Notes: generated by a model not told the origin, from the letters alone. A DNA stretch of 64,000 nt from Nitrospirota bacterium (GCA_963751455.1 CAVVUN010000015.1:1088001-1152000), one strand, 5' to 3'. Positions 32,261 through 42,990 are shown, counted from the first letter of the stretch. Program-made: numbers and translations.

Positions 32261-33934
32261 ATGGCACAGTCCAATGAATCGGTCCGGGGCAAGCTGAAGG
32301 AGCTTAGGGCCGCTTTTAGCGAACAACTGCCCAAAAGGATCCGGCAGATCGAGGACGCATGGGCCGCCCTCCTTCGGGACGGATGGGACCCTGAGAGGGC
32401 GGAGAACCTTGCGAGGCTGCTCCACACGCTGGCCGGCACTGCAGGAACGTTCGGCTTCTCTGCCGCCCGCGGCGCTGCGCGCAATATGGAAGCGCAACTG
32501 AAGTCGATCATCAAAAGCGGTGCGGTCCCGGACAAGGAAACCATGCCTTCGATCGGGGATCATCTGACTGCGCTCAAGGCGGGCACGAGTGAAAGCGGAA
32601 AAAGGGAGTTTATCGAACCCGTGTGGACCGCGTCCGCAAAGCCGGAGACTCTCATACCGCAGGCCGCGGCGAGGCCGCTCAAGAACACCGTTTTTTTCTT
32701 TGCCGACGATCCGTTATCGATAGAATCACTTGTGCTTCAAATCCGTTATTACGGTTACGAGGCGGTCACGTTCGGCACTCTTGACGGACTGAGCGATTCC
32801 CTGAAGACCCTGGCGCCGCTTCTCGTCATCATGGACCTGTCCGAAGGCGGCATCCCCTGCATACAGGAGGTCGCCCGGATACAGCAGAACCGCACGCCGC
32901 GGATTCCCGTAATCTTTTTTTCTACGCGGGCCGGTTTCGACTCCAGGCTCGAGGCGGTCCGCTCAGGCGGTGACGCGTATTTTACAAAACCGGTCGATAT
33001 CGGGAAACTGGTTGACATGCTCGATGTTCTCTCTCAACGCAGGCCCCTCGATCCGTACCGGATACTCATCATAGACGATGACCCCCTGCTGGCCGACTAC
33101 CACGCCACGGTATTGCGCCAGGCGGGCATGTCGACCGGCGTGGTTACCGATCCCGTCCGTGCCCTTCAATCCATGGCAGATTTCAGGCCGGAGTTGATCC
33201 TGATGGACGTGTATATGCCCGGGTGCAGCGGTATCGAACTCGCGAAAGTCATCCGGCAGGATGAAACCTATATCGATATTCCGATCGTATTTCTTTCATC
33301 GGAGACGGACATCAAAAGACAGCTTCAGGCCATGAGCCGGGGTGCGGACGATTTTCTCACGAAACCGATACAGCCGGAGCACCTTGTGACGTCGATTACG
33401 CTGCGCGCCGACCGCCACCGGGCGCTCCGCTCATTCATGTTGTACGACGGGTTGACGGGCTTGCTCAACCATACCAGGACGAAGGAACAACTCGATATCG
33501 AGATCGCGCGGCTTTTGAGGCAGAATTATTCGGCGCTTACCTTTGCGCTTATCGACATCGATCATTTCAAAACGGTCAACGACACCTACGGCCATCCCGT
33601 AGGCGACCAGGTGATTAAAAGCCTGTCACGCCTGCTTCGCCAGCGGCTGAGGACCACCGATACGGTCGGCCGCTACGGCGGCGAAGAGTTTGCCATCATT
33701 CTAGCCGACACCGATGCCCAGAATGCGATAAGGATATTAAACGAATTGCGCGAAGACTTCGGCAAAATAAGGCATAAAAGCGAATTGGAAGCTTTTTCTG
33801 CAACCTTCAGCTGCGGAGCAGCGGTCTATGCTCCCGGGATCTCGGGATCGAGGCTTATCGATGCGGCGGACAAGGCGCTGTATGAGGCTAAGCGATCGGG
33901 CAGGAACAGGGTGGTTATGGGTTCGGACGTGTAG
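32261..33934 (+). CDS. HPt-REC-REC-GGDEF diguanylate cyclase
   Basis: LHTLAGTAGTFG, two REC domains, DIDHFK, RTTD I-site, GGEEF. Confidence 0.92.
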   Translation: MAQSNESVRGKLKELRAAFSEQLPKRIRQIEDAWAALLRDGWDPERAENLARLLHTLAGTAGTFGFSAARGAARNMEAQLKSIIKSGAVPDKETMPSIGDHLTALKAGTSESGKREFIEPVWTASAKPETLIPQAAARPLKNTVFFFADDPLSIESLVLQIRYYGYEAVTFGTLDGLSDSLKTLAPLLVIMDLSEGGIPCIQEVARIQQNRTPRIPVIFFSTRAGFDSRLEAVRSGGDAYFTKPVDIGKLVDMLDVLSQRRPLDPYRILIIDDDPLLADYHATVLRQAGMSTGVVTDPVRALQSMADFRPELILMDVYMPGCSGIELAKVIRQDETYIDIPIVFLSSETDIKRQLQAMSRGADDFLTKPIQPEHLVTSITLRADRHRALRSFMLYDGLTGLLNHTRTKEQLDIEIARLLRQNYSALTFALIDIDHFKTVNDTYGHPVGDQVIKSLSRLLRQRLRTTDTVGRYGGEEFAIILADTDAQNAIRILNELREDFGKIRHKSELEAFSATFSCGAAVYAPGISGSRLIDAADKALYEAKRSGRNRVVMGSDV

Positions 33935-34416
33935 GGCAAGCAGCGCGGATGCAAAAGACGTTGTCTAAAGACTATTGAAAATTGCAAAGTGTAAATGTAA
34001 TTGCCACGGCTGACACTGATGGCCACGAATTAAAGAAAACAGCGCAGGAATCGGATGGTATCATCCGTCTAAAAAAATCTTGAACTTCATGCCAGGAAGG
34101 TCAGCCTGTATTCGCGCTATGCACTGCTTAGACTCATTGTCGTACCATCTCGCTTAGAAGCGCGTGATGGGAATCAAGGACCTCATAATCACTGGCCGCA
34201 GGCGAGATCCTTTTCTTTTTTCTGCACCGCCACTCGCATCACCGCGCAAACATGACATGAATCAATATCGAATATCTAAAATAGAAATACTAAATAATTT
34301 GGAAATTAAATTTTAGATATTAGGATTTGCTTCCAATGGGATGCAGGGGGTTCTGGAAAAGCAAAATCATTTGCTTTAGGTTCTCCACTCCGCAATCCGC
34401 AATGGATAGATCTGAC

Positions 34417-35547
34417 CTATCTCAGGCTCTTCCAAAATTGTTTATGGATTGAAGTAATCGTCCTGATTACCTGATCTGCCGCGGGCGAGGGCTGCTGCTC
34501 CGCGGGCGGAGGCTGTTTCCCCACCAGACTACTGAGCACCGACCGTACGCCGTCCCTCAAGCCCTGCGGATTGTAGCCCCCTTCAAGCGTAATCAAAATA
34601 TTGCCGCAGGTCTCGCTGGCGATTTCCCGGATGATCGCGGCCAGTGCTCCGAACCCCTCGCCTGTTACATCCATCCCGCCCAGAGGGTCTTCTCTATACG
34701 GATCAAAGCCGGCGGACACGACAATGAGCTCCGGATGGTATTCAAGCGCGATCGTTTTTAGTATCCGGTCGTAGACCCGTATGTACTCGGCGTTGCCGAA
34801 CCCGGCGGGGAAGGGGGCATTGACGGTAAAGCCTTCGCCGGGCCCGCTCCCTGTTTCGTTGAAATTACCGGACCCCGGGTAATACGGGTACTGATGAGAA
34901 GAGAAAAAGAGGACGCCCGGGTCATCATAAAACGCTCGCTGGGTCCCGTTGCCGTGGTGAAGATCCCAGTCGGCGATCAGTATCTTTTTGAGTCCGAACT
35001 TCTTCCTGGCATATTGCGCGGCAACCGCTGCATTGTTAAAAAGACAGAATCCCATGCCCCTCCGGGGTTCTGCATGATGGCCTGGCGGACGGACAAAGGC
35101 GAATATAGATTTCGGATTTCGGATTGCACCCTGCACTCGCGCGGGCACTCGTAATCGCGCCCTGTACTCGCGCTGCCCACTCGTGGCACTGGGTGCAGGC
35201 TGGGCGCAGGCGGATTGCGGATTTGTGAGTAATGAGTCGACGGCTTCCAGGAGACCCCCGGCGGCCAGGCGGGCAACTTCATATGAGCGGGCCGAAAGGC
35301 CTGTGTCGGGATCGAACTGCGAATGGAGCTTGCCTTCGGTGCTCGCTACCATTTTTATATAGCCGATATCATGAACGAGGGCGAGTTCTTCCTCGGTTGC
35401 GAGACGCGGCAGTATCAACGGCAGGCCCGGAAACTCCTTATCAAGGAGATCATGGATCACCCGGAGCCGGTTCGGGCTTTCGGGGTGCCCTTCACCGGCT
35501 TTGTGTTCCAGATACCGGTCGTCTCTGATGATTGCCAGAGGGGACAT
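34417..35547 (-). CDS. Histone deacetylase family amidohydrolase carrying an in-frame repeat insertion
   Basis: HPESP, RPPGHH, GFCLFNN, DWDLHHGNG, SAGFD, LEGGY. Confidence 0.93.
   Translation of the reverse strand: MSPLAIIRDDRYLEHKAGEGHPESPNRLRVIHDLLDKEFPGLPLILPRLATEEELALVHDIGYIKMVASTEGKLHSQFDPDTGLSARSYEVARLAAGGLLEAVDSLLTNPQSACAQPAPSATSGQREYRARLRVPARVQGAIRNPKSIFAFVRPPGHHAEPRRGMGFCLFNNAAVAAQYARKKFGLKKILIADWDLHHGNGTQRAFYDDPGVLFFSSHQYPYYPGSGNFNETGSGPGEGFTVNAPFPAGFGNAEYIRVYDRILKTIALEYHPELIVVSAGFDPYREDPLGGMDVTGEGFGALAAIIREIASETCGNILITLEGGYNPQGLRDGVRSVLSSLVGKQPPPAEQQPSPAADQVIRTITSIHKQFWKSLR
35126..35209 (-). mobile_element. Two nested 42 bp mini-elements inside the HDAC gene
   Basis: Outer CTGCGCCCAGC|GATTACGAGTGCCCGCGCGAGTGCAGGGTGC is interrupted by inner CTGCACCCAGTGCCACGAGTGGGCAGCGCGAGTACAGGGCGC; homologue at 39661. 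Confidence 0.75.
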
Positions 35548-35569
35548 AGCTTTACCCGTAATTCGTTTT

Positions 35570-35668
35570 ATTGAAAATTGAAAAATGCAAGTTGCAAAGT
35601 GTAATTGAACGACCCCCAAAACCTGTTCTCAAATTTGCATTTTGCACTTTGCACTTTGAAATTTGACT
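35570..35668. repeat. Inverted heptamer-type repeat
   Basis: TGAAAAT/TGCAAAG-like runs facing ATTTTGC/ACTTTGC runs; similar tracts near 33973 and 34263-34330. Confidence 0.6.
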
Positions 35669-35672
35669 TGAT

Positions 35673-36203
35673 TCACCCCTGGTCTTCTCTTCCGGCGATA
35701 ATCTGCGGTGCCGTCTGCTTGTAATTCTCAACGCTCAACGATTCCAGAAATTTCTGCATCTCCGGCGGGTTCGGGAGCCTGGCCGGCAACTTCGCATCCG
35801 GGGCACAGACTGCCAAGACCGTTTTAACCAGGTCCATAACGCTGAACTCGAGGATGTCCTGTATTGTTTTAGAGGAAGCTTGTTCTATCAACAGCGTATT
35901 TTCGCGGTACCAGCCGTCGCCGCGCGGCGTCATCGGTGCGCAGGGAATATGCTCGGCGTTTTTTGTCCGGAGACCCCTCTTCAGCGCGAACCCCGATACG
36001 TCGGAGCGCAGCAGCTGGAGGCCCTTGAACGCAGGGTTTGAGCAGATGCCTGCTTTTCCCCAGCAGAGGGGATCGAACCGGGAAATGTTGATGCCGCAGC
36101 AGAAGGTATAGGCATCCGGCCCATGATCGGGCGCCTGCCGGATCACGATGTACAGGTACTCATTTTTATACTCATAGGAGCGTAACGGGCGTTTATTATT
36201 CAT
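35673..36203 (-). CDS. Hypothetical protein
   Basis: 176 aa ORF with SD AAGGA, co-oriented with neighbours. Confidence 0.7.
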   Translation of the reverse strand: MNNKRPLRSYEYKNEYLYIVIRQAPDHGPDAYTFCCGINISRFDPLCWGKAGICSNPAFKGLQLLRSDVSGFALKRGLRTKNAEHIPCAPMTPRGDGWYRENTLLIEQASSKTIQDILEFSVMDLVKTVLAVCAPDAKLPARLPNPPEMQKFLESLSVENYKQTAPQIIAGREDQG

Positions 36204-36303
36204 GATTTATTCCTTTATAGATTAAGAAGCCGGGAAGGATTAAAGCGCAAGGGGCACTGAGAAAAGGATCTGCCCCCGGTCTCACGCCTTCCGTGTTTCA
36301 GTG

Positions 36304-36651
36304 TTATCTGCTCCTGGTCTTGGAAGATTTTTTCGCAGTGCTTTTCGCGGGGCTTTTCGTCGGGGTCTTCTTTTTGGGGGCGGGCTTGGCTTTAGCCCTG
36401 GCTTCGAACTGCTGAACCTTTTTCTTGAGCGTATCGTTTTCCACGTTCAGGTCCTTGACCATTTGCTCCAGCTTTGCGTTATCCTGGCTGATTGATTCAA
36501 GCTGCTGCCTGACTGCGTCCCGCTCGGAGCGTGCCTTGCTCGCGGACGCGAAGCTCCATATAAGGAGTATGAGCACCACTGCCGCCAGAGATAAAAATAT
36601 CAGCTTTGCCTTCTGTGCATCGTCTTTTTCGTTCCGCTCTGTCCTCTCCAT
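36304..36651 (-). CDS. Single-TM coiled-coil protein with Lys-rich tail
   Basis: TM helix, heptad region, basic tail; SD GGAGG. Confidence 0.8.
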   Translation of the reverse strand: MERTERNEKDDAQKAKLIFLSLAAVVLILLIWSFASASKARSERDAVRQQLESISQDNAKLEQMVKDLNVENDTLKKKVQQFEARAKAKPAPKKKTPTKSPAKSTAKKSSKTRSR

Positions 36652-36675
36652 CGTGATCTGTACGACCTCCTTGCA

Positions 36676-37203
36676 TTAATGTTTTAATGTTGTTTCGCTG
36701 TAGCGTTTCACTTCAAACCGGTACATGACCAGAGGGGACCCCTCCGGGATGCCGGCTTTCTGCATTGCAATTCCAATCTGGGAATCCACCGAGTCCACAC
36801 CCTCGAGGTCGGGCAGGAGAAGGCCCCGCTTTGAGCCCGACTGGACAATCAAGCCGTAGCGCTGCGGATCGAGGTCTCTTTTGTCCCGGACCGGCTCGGG
36901 AGCCGTCAGCAGGTCTACGGTATATTGGATCGTCCCGAGTTCTTCCGGACGCACGCAGGCGAAACGAGGATCGCAGGTCGCTGCGCTGATCGCGTTTCGC
37001 ACTGTCTCATGCGCTATTGTCGCTTCCTGGGGCTGAAAAGAACCGATGCAGCCCCGGAGAATGCCGTTTATCTTGAGGCAGATGAAGACGCCCGCGCGTT
37101 CCCGCAGCTGCGGCGTCAGCTCCTGTTCCCGGATTTCCCGAATCTTGCCTTCCCTGACGTACAGTTCGACCGTCTCTTTTGCCAATTGTACAAGGGGATG
37201 CAT
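36676..37203 (-). CDS. amrA: AmmeMemoRadiSam system protein A (AMMECR1 family)
   Basis: GVFICL, LRGCIG, DPRF, GLLLP. Confidence 0.9.
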   Translation of the reverse strand: MHPLVQLAKETVELYVREGKIREIREQELTPQLRERAGVFICLKINGILRGCIGSFQPQEATIAHETVRNAISAATCDPRFACVRPEELGTIQYTVDLLTAPEPVRDKRDLDPQRYGLIVQSGSKRGLLLPDLEGVDSVDSQIGIAMQKAGIPEGSPLVMYRFEVKRYSETTLKH

Positions 37204-38189
37204 TACATCTCCCGCCGCACCACGTAGTCAGCGAGTGCCATAAGAGCCTGACGCGGCGGCGAATCAGGAAAAATCGAGAGGCTCGCCTTGGCTTCTTCGG
37301 AAAATATCCTTGCAACCTGGAGCGCGTCGTCAACCGCGCCGTATCGTTGCATCATCTGGAGAGTGGAGGAAAGGTCGTCGTCTGAAAGGACGTTGCTTTG
37401 AAGCATGTTTCTGAGCTGCTGCTGTTCATCGGCGTCCGCCTTCCGAAAGAGGTAAATCAGGGGAAGGGTGACCTTACCCTCGGCCAGGTCCTTGCCGAGC
37501 ACCTTGCCGAGTCGTTTCTGGTCTGCGGCATAATCGAGGGTATCGTCGGTTATCTGGAATGCGAAGCCCATTTTTTTTCCGTATGCCGTCAGCGCGTCTT
37601 CCTGTGAAACCGGGGCCTTGCCGATGATCGCGCCCAGTCTGCAGGAAGCCGAAATGAGGACCCCGGTTTTGCAATCGACCAGGCGGAAGTAGTCCGGTTC
37701 CGTTATGTCGGCGTTCTGGATCTGCATGAGCTGCAGGACTTCGCCTTCTGACATGGTGGTAGTCGTTTCGGAAAGAACGTCCATGACCCGCTGGTTCTCA
37801 AGCCGCACGGCATGGTAGAGCGCCTTGGAGTACAGATAATCGCCGACCAGGATGCTCGCCTGGTTGCCCCAGAGGGAATTTGCGGAGGTTTTGCCGCGGC
37901 GGACTTTGGCCTCGTCGATAACATCGTCATGCAGGAGGGACGCGGTATGGATGAACTCCACGACGGCGCCGAGGGTGTACTCGGCGTCATGATCGCGGCA
38001 TCCGCAGAGGCGGGAGGACAACAGGTGAAGCATCGGGCGGAACCGCTTGCCGCCCGCGCCGAGGATATATTTGCTCACTTGACGGATGAGCTCGACCTCG
38101 GTTCCGAGGCTTTCATGGATGCGGTGCTCCATGCGCTCCATGTCGGACTTGAATTCCCTGAGGACGTCTTGAAGGGTGGTTATCATCAC
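37203..38189 (-). CDS. Polyprenyl diphosphate synthase
   Basis: GGKRFRP, LHDDVID, FQITDD. Confidence 0.93.
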   Translation of the reverse strand: MMITTLQDVLREFKSDMERMEHRIHESLGTEVELIRQVSKYILGAGGKRFRPMLHLLSSRLCGCRDHDAEYTLGAVVEFIHTASLLHDDVIDEAKVRRGKTSANSLWGNQASILVGDYLYSKALYHAVRLENQRVMDVLSETTTTMSEGEVLQLMQIQNADITEPDYFRLVDCKTGVLISASCRLGAIIGKAPVSQEDALTAYGKKMGFAFQITDDTLDYAADQKRLGKVLGKDLAEGKVTLPLIYLFRKADADEQQQLRNMLQSNVLSDDDLSSTLQMMQRYGAVDDALQVARIFSEEAKASLSIFPDSPPRQALMALADYVVRREM

Positions 38190-38290
38190 GCTATTCTCAG
38201 CTTTTCATTCAGGATAATAGGGGAGACGTCCTGCATTGTCAAGCCGTTTTTCAAATCATGACACGAGGAGATTTTCCGCAAGATAATGAA

Positions 38291-38425
38291 TGATGATCTC
38301 GTAAAAAGTCGTCTCCCCGGTGAAAACCGGGGTCCAGTGGTTATCGAACTTATTGAAAAGACTGGATACCGGCGTTCGCCGGTATGACGAAATTGGGTGT
38401 TTTCTGACTTCTTACGAATGCATCA
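38291..38425. mobile_element. MITE-like element with an internal REP-like hairpin doublet
   Basis: Terminal IRs TGATGATCTCGTAAAAAGTC / GACTTCTTACGAATGCATCA; flanking 5 bp direct repeat ATGAA; internal CCCCGGTGAAAACCGGGGTCCAG..CTGGATACCGGCGTTCGCCGGTATGAC. Confidence 0.7.
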
Positions 38426-38525
38426 ATGAATGCTGTCAAATTTTTTTTAATGTGATACTTTTAAATGAATAAATAGGCAACTCGGGAGGGGAAGGGGCTT
38501 TTTCTCAAGTCCGAAGCTCTGAATT

Positions 38526-39509
38526 CTAAAGTTTCATCGCTTCATTCACTTCGGCCAGCGTTCCGGCCGCCACTGTGCGTGCCCTTCTCGAACCCTCCTG
38601 CATGATTTCGTTCACTTTTTCGGGTCTTGCGGAAAATTCAGCGCGACGTTCCTGAATCGGCTTGAGATAGGCGAGGAGATGCTTCAGCAGCTCTTTTTTA
38701 TCATCAACGCATCCTATACCCGCGCGCCGGCATTCCACGTTCACATAGTCGCACCATTCCTTCGGAGCGAAGATCCTGTCGAGCGCGAACAGCGGGCAGA
38801 TATCCGGATTGCCGGGATCCTGCCGCCGGACCCTGGCCGGGTCGGTCACCATCTGCATTACCTTTTTCGTGATTTCTTCAGGGGTGTCCGAGAGGTTGAT
38901 GGTATTGTTATAGCTCTTGCTCATTTTGCGGCCGTCGGTACCCGGAAGTTTAGGGTACTCAGTCATGAGCGGTTGCGGTTCAGGAAAGACCTCGCCGTAG
39001 AACTGGTTGAACCTGCGGCAGATCTCGCGGGTAAGTTCCAGATGAGGAAGCTGGTCTATGCCGACGGGAACGAAGTTCGCCTTGTAGATGAGGATGTCGG
39101 CCGCCTGGAGCACAGGGTAGCCCAGGAATCCATAGGTATTCATGTCCTTATCCTGGAGCTGGTCGATCTTCTCCTTGTAGGTCGGCACGCGTTCGAGCCA
39201 GGGCAGGGGCGTGGCCATGGACAAGAGAACATGGAGCACTGCATGCTCGGGCACAAGCGACTGGCGGAAGATGACGCATTTTTCCGGGTCGAGACCGGCG
39301 GCGAGCCAATCGATCACCATTTCATGGACGTAGGTCCTGATCCTCGATGTGTCGGCATAGTTCGTGGTCAGCGCATGCCAGTCCGCAATGAAATAGTGGC
39401 ACTCGTACTGGTCCTGGAGCTTCCTCCAGTTATCCAGCGCGCCCATGAGGTTTCCGAGGTGCAACAGCCCGCTCGGCTGCATTCCGCTTAACACACGCTT
39501 TTTTGACAT
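38526..39509 (-). CDS. trpS: Tryptophan--tRNA ligase
   Basis: SGMQPSG, HLGN, YPVLQAADIL, KMSKS. Confidence 0.97.
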   Translation of the reverse strand: MSKKRVLSGMQPSGLLHLGNLMGALDNWRKLQDQYECHYFIADWHALTTNYADTSRIRTYVHEMVIDWLAAGLDPEKCVIFRQSLVPEHAVLHVLLSMATPLPWLERVPTYKEKIDQLQDKDMNTYGFLGYPVLQAADILIYKANFVPVGIDQLPHLELTREICRRFNQFYGEVFPEPQPLMTEYPKLPGTDGRKMSKSYNNTINLSDTPEEITKKVMQMVTDPARVRRQDPGNPDICPLFALDRIFAPKEWCDYVNVECRRAGIGCVDDKKELLKHLLAYLKPIQERRAEFSARPEKVNEIMQEGSRRARTVAAGTLAEVNEAMKL

Positions 39510-39569
39510 GGTGGTATCCTTTTTAGGAATAAGTTCCAAATAGCAGATGCCGAATCACAGAAGCTTAAA

Positions 39570-39748
39570 ATTTACCGCGAAGGCGCAAGGGACGCAAAGG
39601 AAATTATTAATTTTCTTGTTCTTAAACCCGGAAGAAAAAGCCTTCCTCGCGACCTTTGTCTTGCGCCCAGCGTTTACGAGTGCCAAGCGCGAGTGCAGGG
39701 TACGCCCTCGCGGTTCAAGCTTTGGTTCCGGCTTGTCCGGGTCAGGGT
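39570..39748. repeat. Composite intergenic repeat: ACCGCGAAGGCGCAAGG..CGCCCTCGCGGT hairpin interrupted by a 43 bp mini-element
   Basis: Inverted arms at ~39574 and ~39647-39714; insert 39661-39703 homologous to the HDAC element. Confidence 0.6.
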
Positions 39749-39762
39749 TGTACAGGTTCACT

Positions 39763-40441
39763 CTAAAAAATATTTGCGCCCAGCAGCCAGAACAGCAGCG
39801 GCCCTATGATGGGGCTGATCATCCGGCCGAGTATGCCGAAACCGAAGAGAGCGAGGATGATCAGCATGCCGTATCGCTCGAGCCGGTAATACGCGGCCCC
39901 CTGTTTATCCGGAAGAAGCCAGTATACGATCCTGCTGCCGTCCAGCGGCGGGATCGGTATCAGGTTGAGCACAGCGAGTATGACATTGATGATTACTCCG
40001 TAGCCGAACATGAGCGAGACCGGATGGAAAAACCGCGAAGAGGCGGATGCGGGAGCAATTGCTTCAAGCGCCGGCATGACTCCCCGGAGCAGAAACGCGA
40101 ACAGGACCGCCATGACCATATTCGTTGCCGGGCCGGCGATGGATGACAGGGCCATGCCTTTTTTCGGATTCCTGAAATTATACGGATTGATCGGCACGGG
40201 CTTTGCGGACCCGAACACCATCTGCCCGTTGGTGACTACAAAAAGCAGCAAGCGGCATGATGATCGTTCCGAAAAGGTCTATGTGCGGAATCGGGTTCAG
40301 GGTAAGCCGTCCCATGTCGCGCGCCGTGTGGTCCCCAAGCTTGTCCGCGACCCAGCCGTGGGCGACCTCATGCAGCACGATGGCGAATACCAGCGGCAGG
40401 GCCATCACCGATATTTTTTGTACGATATTCAGTTCTTCCAT
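39763..40441 (-). CDS. Site-2 protease (M50) family protein, split by a +1 frameshift near 40250
   Basis: HEVAH in the first frame; AGPATN and NLIPIPPLDG in the second. Confidence 0.85.
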
Positions 40442-40582
40442 GGTCTACGGAGGTTCCGAGGATGCGGTTAATGCCGGATAAGTACGATAGCAACAGAAAA
40501 AGACGCGAACCCATGCGTCATTTTCGTAACTGTGGATAGTAAGGGAATATACCGGGCATTGTCAAGAAAAAACGGGGAAGGT

Positions 40583-42510
40583 TTATTTCTGGTTGTTCAC
40601 GGGTTTAAATTTGCCGTCTTCCACTTTTATAGGAAAAGTATTTTTCAGCGCTTCCCGGTTTCCGTCGAACGTCGTCAAGCCGGAGACTCCCGGGTAGTTT
40701 TTCAGCGCCAGAAGGCCGTCTCGCACCGCTGCGGGTGTTTCTTTATGCTCCTTGAAAAGCGTGAAAACCATCATGGCCGCGTCGTAAGACTGGGCCGAGA
40801 GAATGTCCGGTTCTTCACGGTAGGCGGAACGGTAAGCTTCGACGAAGGCTGTCACAGCCGGATCCCTGCTTTCAGGCAGGAAGCCGTCTACGAAGACCGC
40901 TCCGTCGGCATGGCGGCCGGCGCGCTCGATCAGGTCCGGAGCATGCCAGTTGTCCGATCCGATCAGGGCTACTCCTGTTGACGTTGTAGAACGCGAGCTG
41001 GGGGATAAGCAGTCCGACCTGCTCTGCATAGCCGGGAAGATAGAGCGCATCGAAGCCGGGCGCATATTCGGCGAAGAGCTTCTTTCGCTCCGCATCGTCC
41101 TCCGGGATCAGGATTTTCCGTGAGCGCAGATCGATCTCCATAAGCTTGCGGATGTAGGGGCCGAAGTCCTTGGTTTCCGGCGGATACGCTATGGTTGCAA
41201 GGATCTCAGCCTTCCGTTCGAGTTCCCGGGCGAACAGGTTCGAGAGGTCCTTGCCATAGGGTTCATCCGGATACAGCAGCACGAACCGGTTAAGCTTCTG
41301 CTGGAGAGCATACTGCGCGGCCGCTCGCGCCTGGCTATCGATCGTGAGGGCGTTCCTGAATATCCAGTCGCTTTTCTCGGTAAACCCGGAACGGGACGCG
41401 GCTGGGCGGATTACCGGGATCCTTATGTTTGCGAGAAGCGGGGTTATCGCTTCCTCATCTTTGGTTGTGACCGGCCCGATAACCGCGGTCACCCCTTTTG
41501 CCGCGAGTTCTTGAAGAGCGGCGACCGTTTTTTCCGGAAGACCCTCCGTGTCCTTGATTATTATATCCACCCGGTTCTCAGGCTCGGCCAGATTGTGAAC
41601 ATGAACAGCCAGCTCGATGCCCTTGAGCACGCGGTCTCCGAAGAACGCGAGAGGGCCTGACTGGGGCAGGAGCGCGCCTGCCAGGTATCGCGGCGCGGTC
41701 AGCTTCGAAGTGGCCTCGTTCAACAGCATCTCGCCGCGGGTCTTCTCCGGAGTGCGCCGGGAACCGATCGAGAAACTCTTTGCTCACGACGATCGCCTCG
41801 CGGTATTTGCGCTGCTCCAGCATGACCGCGGCAAGCCGCAGTCGTGCGATGTCCGATGGATAGGCGCTCCCCTCAGAGAGGTTCTTCAACTCATCTTCAT
41901 TCAGGCTCTTGTCGACGAGTTCACGCATCCTGTCGCGGTAGCCGGCCCGCTGCTTCTCGTTCGCGGCCGTTTCGGCAAGGTAGCTGTATTCCTTCACGGC
42001 CATGAGATAGTTCTTTTTAAAGGTATAGGCAGCGGAGAGCATCTCCGAGATATGCCGCAGTCGCTCTGGATCGGCGATTTTGCTCCGGTCCTGAAGGTTG
42101 GCGGCCGCGAGGTCGTATTCCTTGAGCTCGAAATAACAGGTACCGAGCTTGTATTTGGAATCGGGAATAAGCGGGGAAGCGGGATATTTTTCGATGATGT
42201 CTTTGTAATAGCTGAGGGCCTGCCGGAAATCGCGCTTCGTCAGGAATATCTCTCCCTTGAGGTGCAGCGCCCTGTCCGCATGCCTGCTTTTCGGGTACAG
42301 CTTGAAGAACGCGTCCGCGGCTTTCACGGCCTGCTCATACTGTTTTTTGGCAAAGAGCGCCTCTGCCTGTTCGATCTGGACGCGGGCGCTTTTTTCCCAT
42401 TCCGGTTCGGGCGGCAGCGACGCGGCGCAGCCCGCCAGTATAATCGTGGATGCGGAGGCGATGAGGAACAGCACAAATGTTATAGTCGAGATGATGCGCC
42501 TGAACGGCAT
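40583..42510 (-). CDS. TPR (BamD-like) plus LppC-like periplasmic-binding-fold lipoprotein, split by two +1 frameshifts
   Basis: Lipobox LAGC, TPRs, GALLPQSG, VIGP, SYDAA; frames join near 41750 and 40978. Confidence 0.8.
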
Positions 42511-42604
42511 GTGGTTTACCCCGTTAGAGAAAGCTGTGATCTTTTCAAGGCAGCTAATACTTCGTGAATTGATGCACTGACGGATTCATGCTTCGATCCG
42601 GTTT

Positions 42605-42715
42605 TTATTTCCCTTTTTTGGCGGCTGCTTCCACAATGGCGGCTTTGCGCTTCGCTTTTTGGGTTTCCTCTTTGCGTTTGCGTCTGCGGCTCAGTTCTTT
42701 TTGTCTTTCACGCAC
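42605..42715 (-). CDS. 36 aa basic protein (DUF6800-like)
   Basis: SD AAAGGAG then GTG: MRERQKELSRRRKRKEETQKAKRKAAIVEAAAKKGK. Confidence 0.65.
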   Translation of the reverse strand: MRERQKELSRRRKRKEETQKAKRKAAIVEAAAKKGK

Positions 42716-42990
42716 GGATTCGCTTCTCCTTTCAAAAGAAAATGTCTTTCCCGAAGCTCCAACCCGTCCACCGGGGAGGAATCGAAGAAAGGGGATCCTG
42801 AAGCGCACACTATAGCTGAGACCGGTCCATTTGTCAATACGGAGAAGCGGCCGAAGGCAGGCAAACGTCAATTAAATAAGAGGGTTATCCGCACGAGTTC
42901 ATCAGTGTTTATGCGTTGCTGTCTGATTTTTTTCTTGATTTATTCAGACTTATAGATTAAATTATACCCGCCTTACGACAGTTGGTCAAT

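Noticed and set aside
39763-42510. Programmed frameshifting or true pseudogenes
   Set aside because: No slippery sites, and the genes are otherwise undecayed; single-base sequencing errors are more parsimonious
42605-42871. Ribosomal protein S21 or an 88 aa ORF
   Set aside because: Lacks the S21 EKPS-type motif; the SD supports a 36 aa product starting at 42715
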